42,166 bases of DNA. It comes from a virus. Its lineage: Duplodnaviria > Caudoviricetes. A program made the translations under genes and the position numbers. How positions within the stretch are numbered: position 1 is the first letter of the stretch; each line of letters starts with the position of its first letter. Where the stretch lies: positions 1-42,166 of the IMG/VR virus record IMGVR_UViG_3300048579_000414, one strand, 5' to 3'. The notes beneath the pieces are model-generated. The model searched no databases. It had not been told where the DNA came from and worked only from the letters and a program-made list of their open reading frames with translations. This document shows, in pieces, positions 41,063-42,166 of this stretch.

Positions 41063-42166
41063 TCAGGCCAGAGCCTGCTGTTGCACCAGCGCCTCGGCCA
41101 GACGGGCCTGCACGGATTGGCGCTCGGCCAGGCGCTGGCGCAGGTCAGCGCACAACTGGCGCAGTGCCGTGACGCGGGCGACGATGCGGGATTGTTCGGG
41201 GAGGGGTGGGAGGGGAACCGGCAGATCGTTGATGTTCTGCAAGTTAAGCCCCGGCTTTGCACCGTAGCTGCTCGTCAGCAGCAACTTTCTACCTTCATAT
41301 TCGCCTACCAACCAAAGGTGAAGGCAGCTCACCAAGCTCGCGTCAAGCAGTCGCACCAACGCAACGTGTTGGCTCACATATGCCTCGGAAATTGACTCCG
41401 AAACCACAGCAGCCTTCCCGACGTTTGCACCGGTAATCGTTATCAACACATCGTGAAGCTGCACCTGCGTTCTCACGCCCTCGGTTCCATCAGGCAACTT
41501 CACAAATGCGCGTTCATCGAATTCAAGGCGGTCGTACTTGATGTCCTGGGAGCGTATGAAAGTGGCGCCTTCTGCCGCATAAAAATCCTTCCAGCTTCTG
41601 GAGCCACTGGTCACCAGTGAGGCCAATGCCCCCAACCGCACCCACTCCCAACCCACCGGCAACGCAAACGGCTTTTCCTCGTCAGTGATGGGCGGCAGGA
41701 GTTTGTCGCGTTTGATCGTCCCCTCGGCAATCAGCCGGTCTTTTTCGGCGCGGATTTTTTGCAGCAGAGCGCTGGCGGGTTCATCGCTGGGGTCTTGGGG
41801 CACGAGCAGGCCGCGCACGGCCAGTTGCAGCAGGGTTTGCTCCAGGGCGTCGATGGCTTCGGGGCGGTCCAGCAGCAGGTCAAAGTGCTGGGCCACGCGC
41901 TGCCAGTGGTCGGCCAGTTCCTCGGGCGTGGCGCTGGCGGTGAGCGCGCCCAGCAGGGTGCTGACCAGTTGGGCGTGTTGCGCGGCCTCCAGCCGGCCCT
42001 TGGTCTCCAGCGCATCGCACAGGCGCATGAGTTCTTCCACGCGGGCGACGATGCGGTATTGTTCGGCGAGGGGGGGTAACGCGATGTCTAAATCTAGAAG
42101 CGAAGCCCCCTTCAGATTGTTAATGCCAATGCCAGCAGAAGCCTCTGAAACAGATTCGCGGTACAT
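41063..42166 (-). CDS. hsdS: Type I restriction-modification specificity subunit (5' truncated by the window)
   Basis: Two PPL.EQ.RIV.RV repeats, LVPQDP.DEPAS.LL..I and PF.LP.GWEWVRL motifs, AT-richer TRD. Confidence 0.93.
   Translation of the reverse strand: MYRESVSEASAGIGINNLKGASLLDLDIALPPLAEQYRIVARVEELMRLCDALETKGRLEAAQHAQLVSTLLGALTASATPEELADHWQRVAQHFDLLLDRPEAIDALEQTLLQLAVRGLLVPQDPSDEPASALLQKIRAEKDRLIAEGTIKRDKLLPPITDEEKPFALPVGWEWVRLGALASLVTSGSRSWKDFYAAEGATFIRSQDIKYDRLEFDERAFVKLPDGTEGVRTQVQLHDVLITITGANVGKAAVVSESISEAYVSQHVALVRLLDASLVSCLHLWLVGEYEGRKLLLTSSYGAKPGLNLQNINDLPVPLPPLPEQSRIVARVTALRQLCADLRQRLAERQSVQARLAEALVQQQALA

Noticed and set aside
1-42166. CRISPR array, reverse transcriptase/DGR template repeat, IS transposase
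   Set aside because: No regularly spaced repeats, no RT motif, no AAC-rich second copy of the DUF1566 segment and no transposase ORF seen by eye.

Overview
GC-rich bacterial window, probably betaproteobacterial (inference from protein families). About 1-39.2 kb is a near-complete temperate HK97/lambda-like siphovirus prophage whose left boundary is not visible. The minus strand carries lysis, tail, head and packaging genes, a Q-like antiterminator, a C4-antisense-RNA/Bro antirepressor cassette, a TOPRIM-VirE primase-helicase, cII and cro. The plus strand carries cI, immunity-region cargo and an early operon (DUF1566, dNMP kinase, ParB-like, Xis-like), converging on a tyrosine integrase. Next come an intact tRNA-Arg(CCT) and a convergent defence island (darG, frameshifted darT, partial type I hsdS). 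The strongest unexplained signals are: (1) a ~540-nt ORF-poor, densely base-paired, multi-domain RNA candidate in the late leader between the late terminator and the HNH gene; (2) a DGR-target-like DUF1566 gene with no RT, TR or avd in the window; (3) two antisense genes nested under translationally coupled sense ORFs; (4) a signal-peptide-like N-terminus on the major capsid protein; (5) a prophage lying on the 5' side of its tRNA. All family calls come from motif recognition by eye; no database searches were run.
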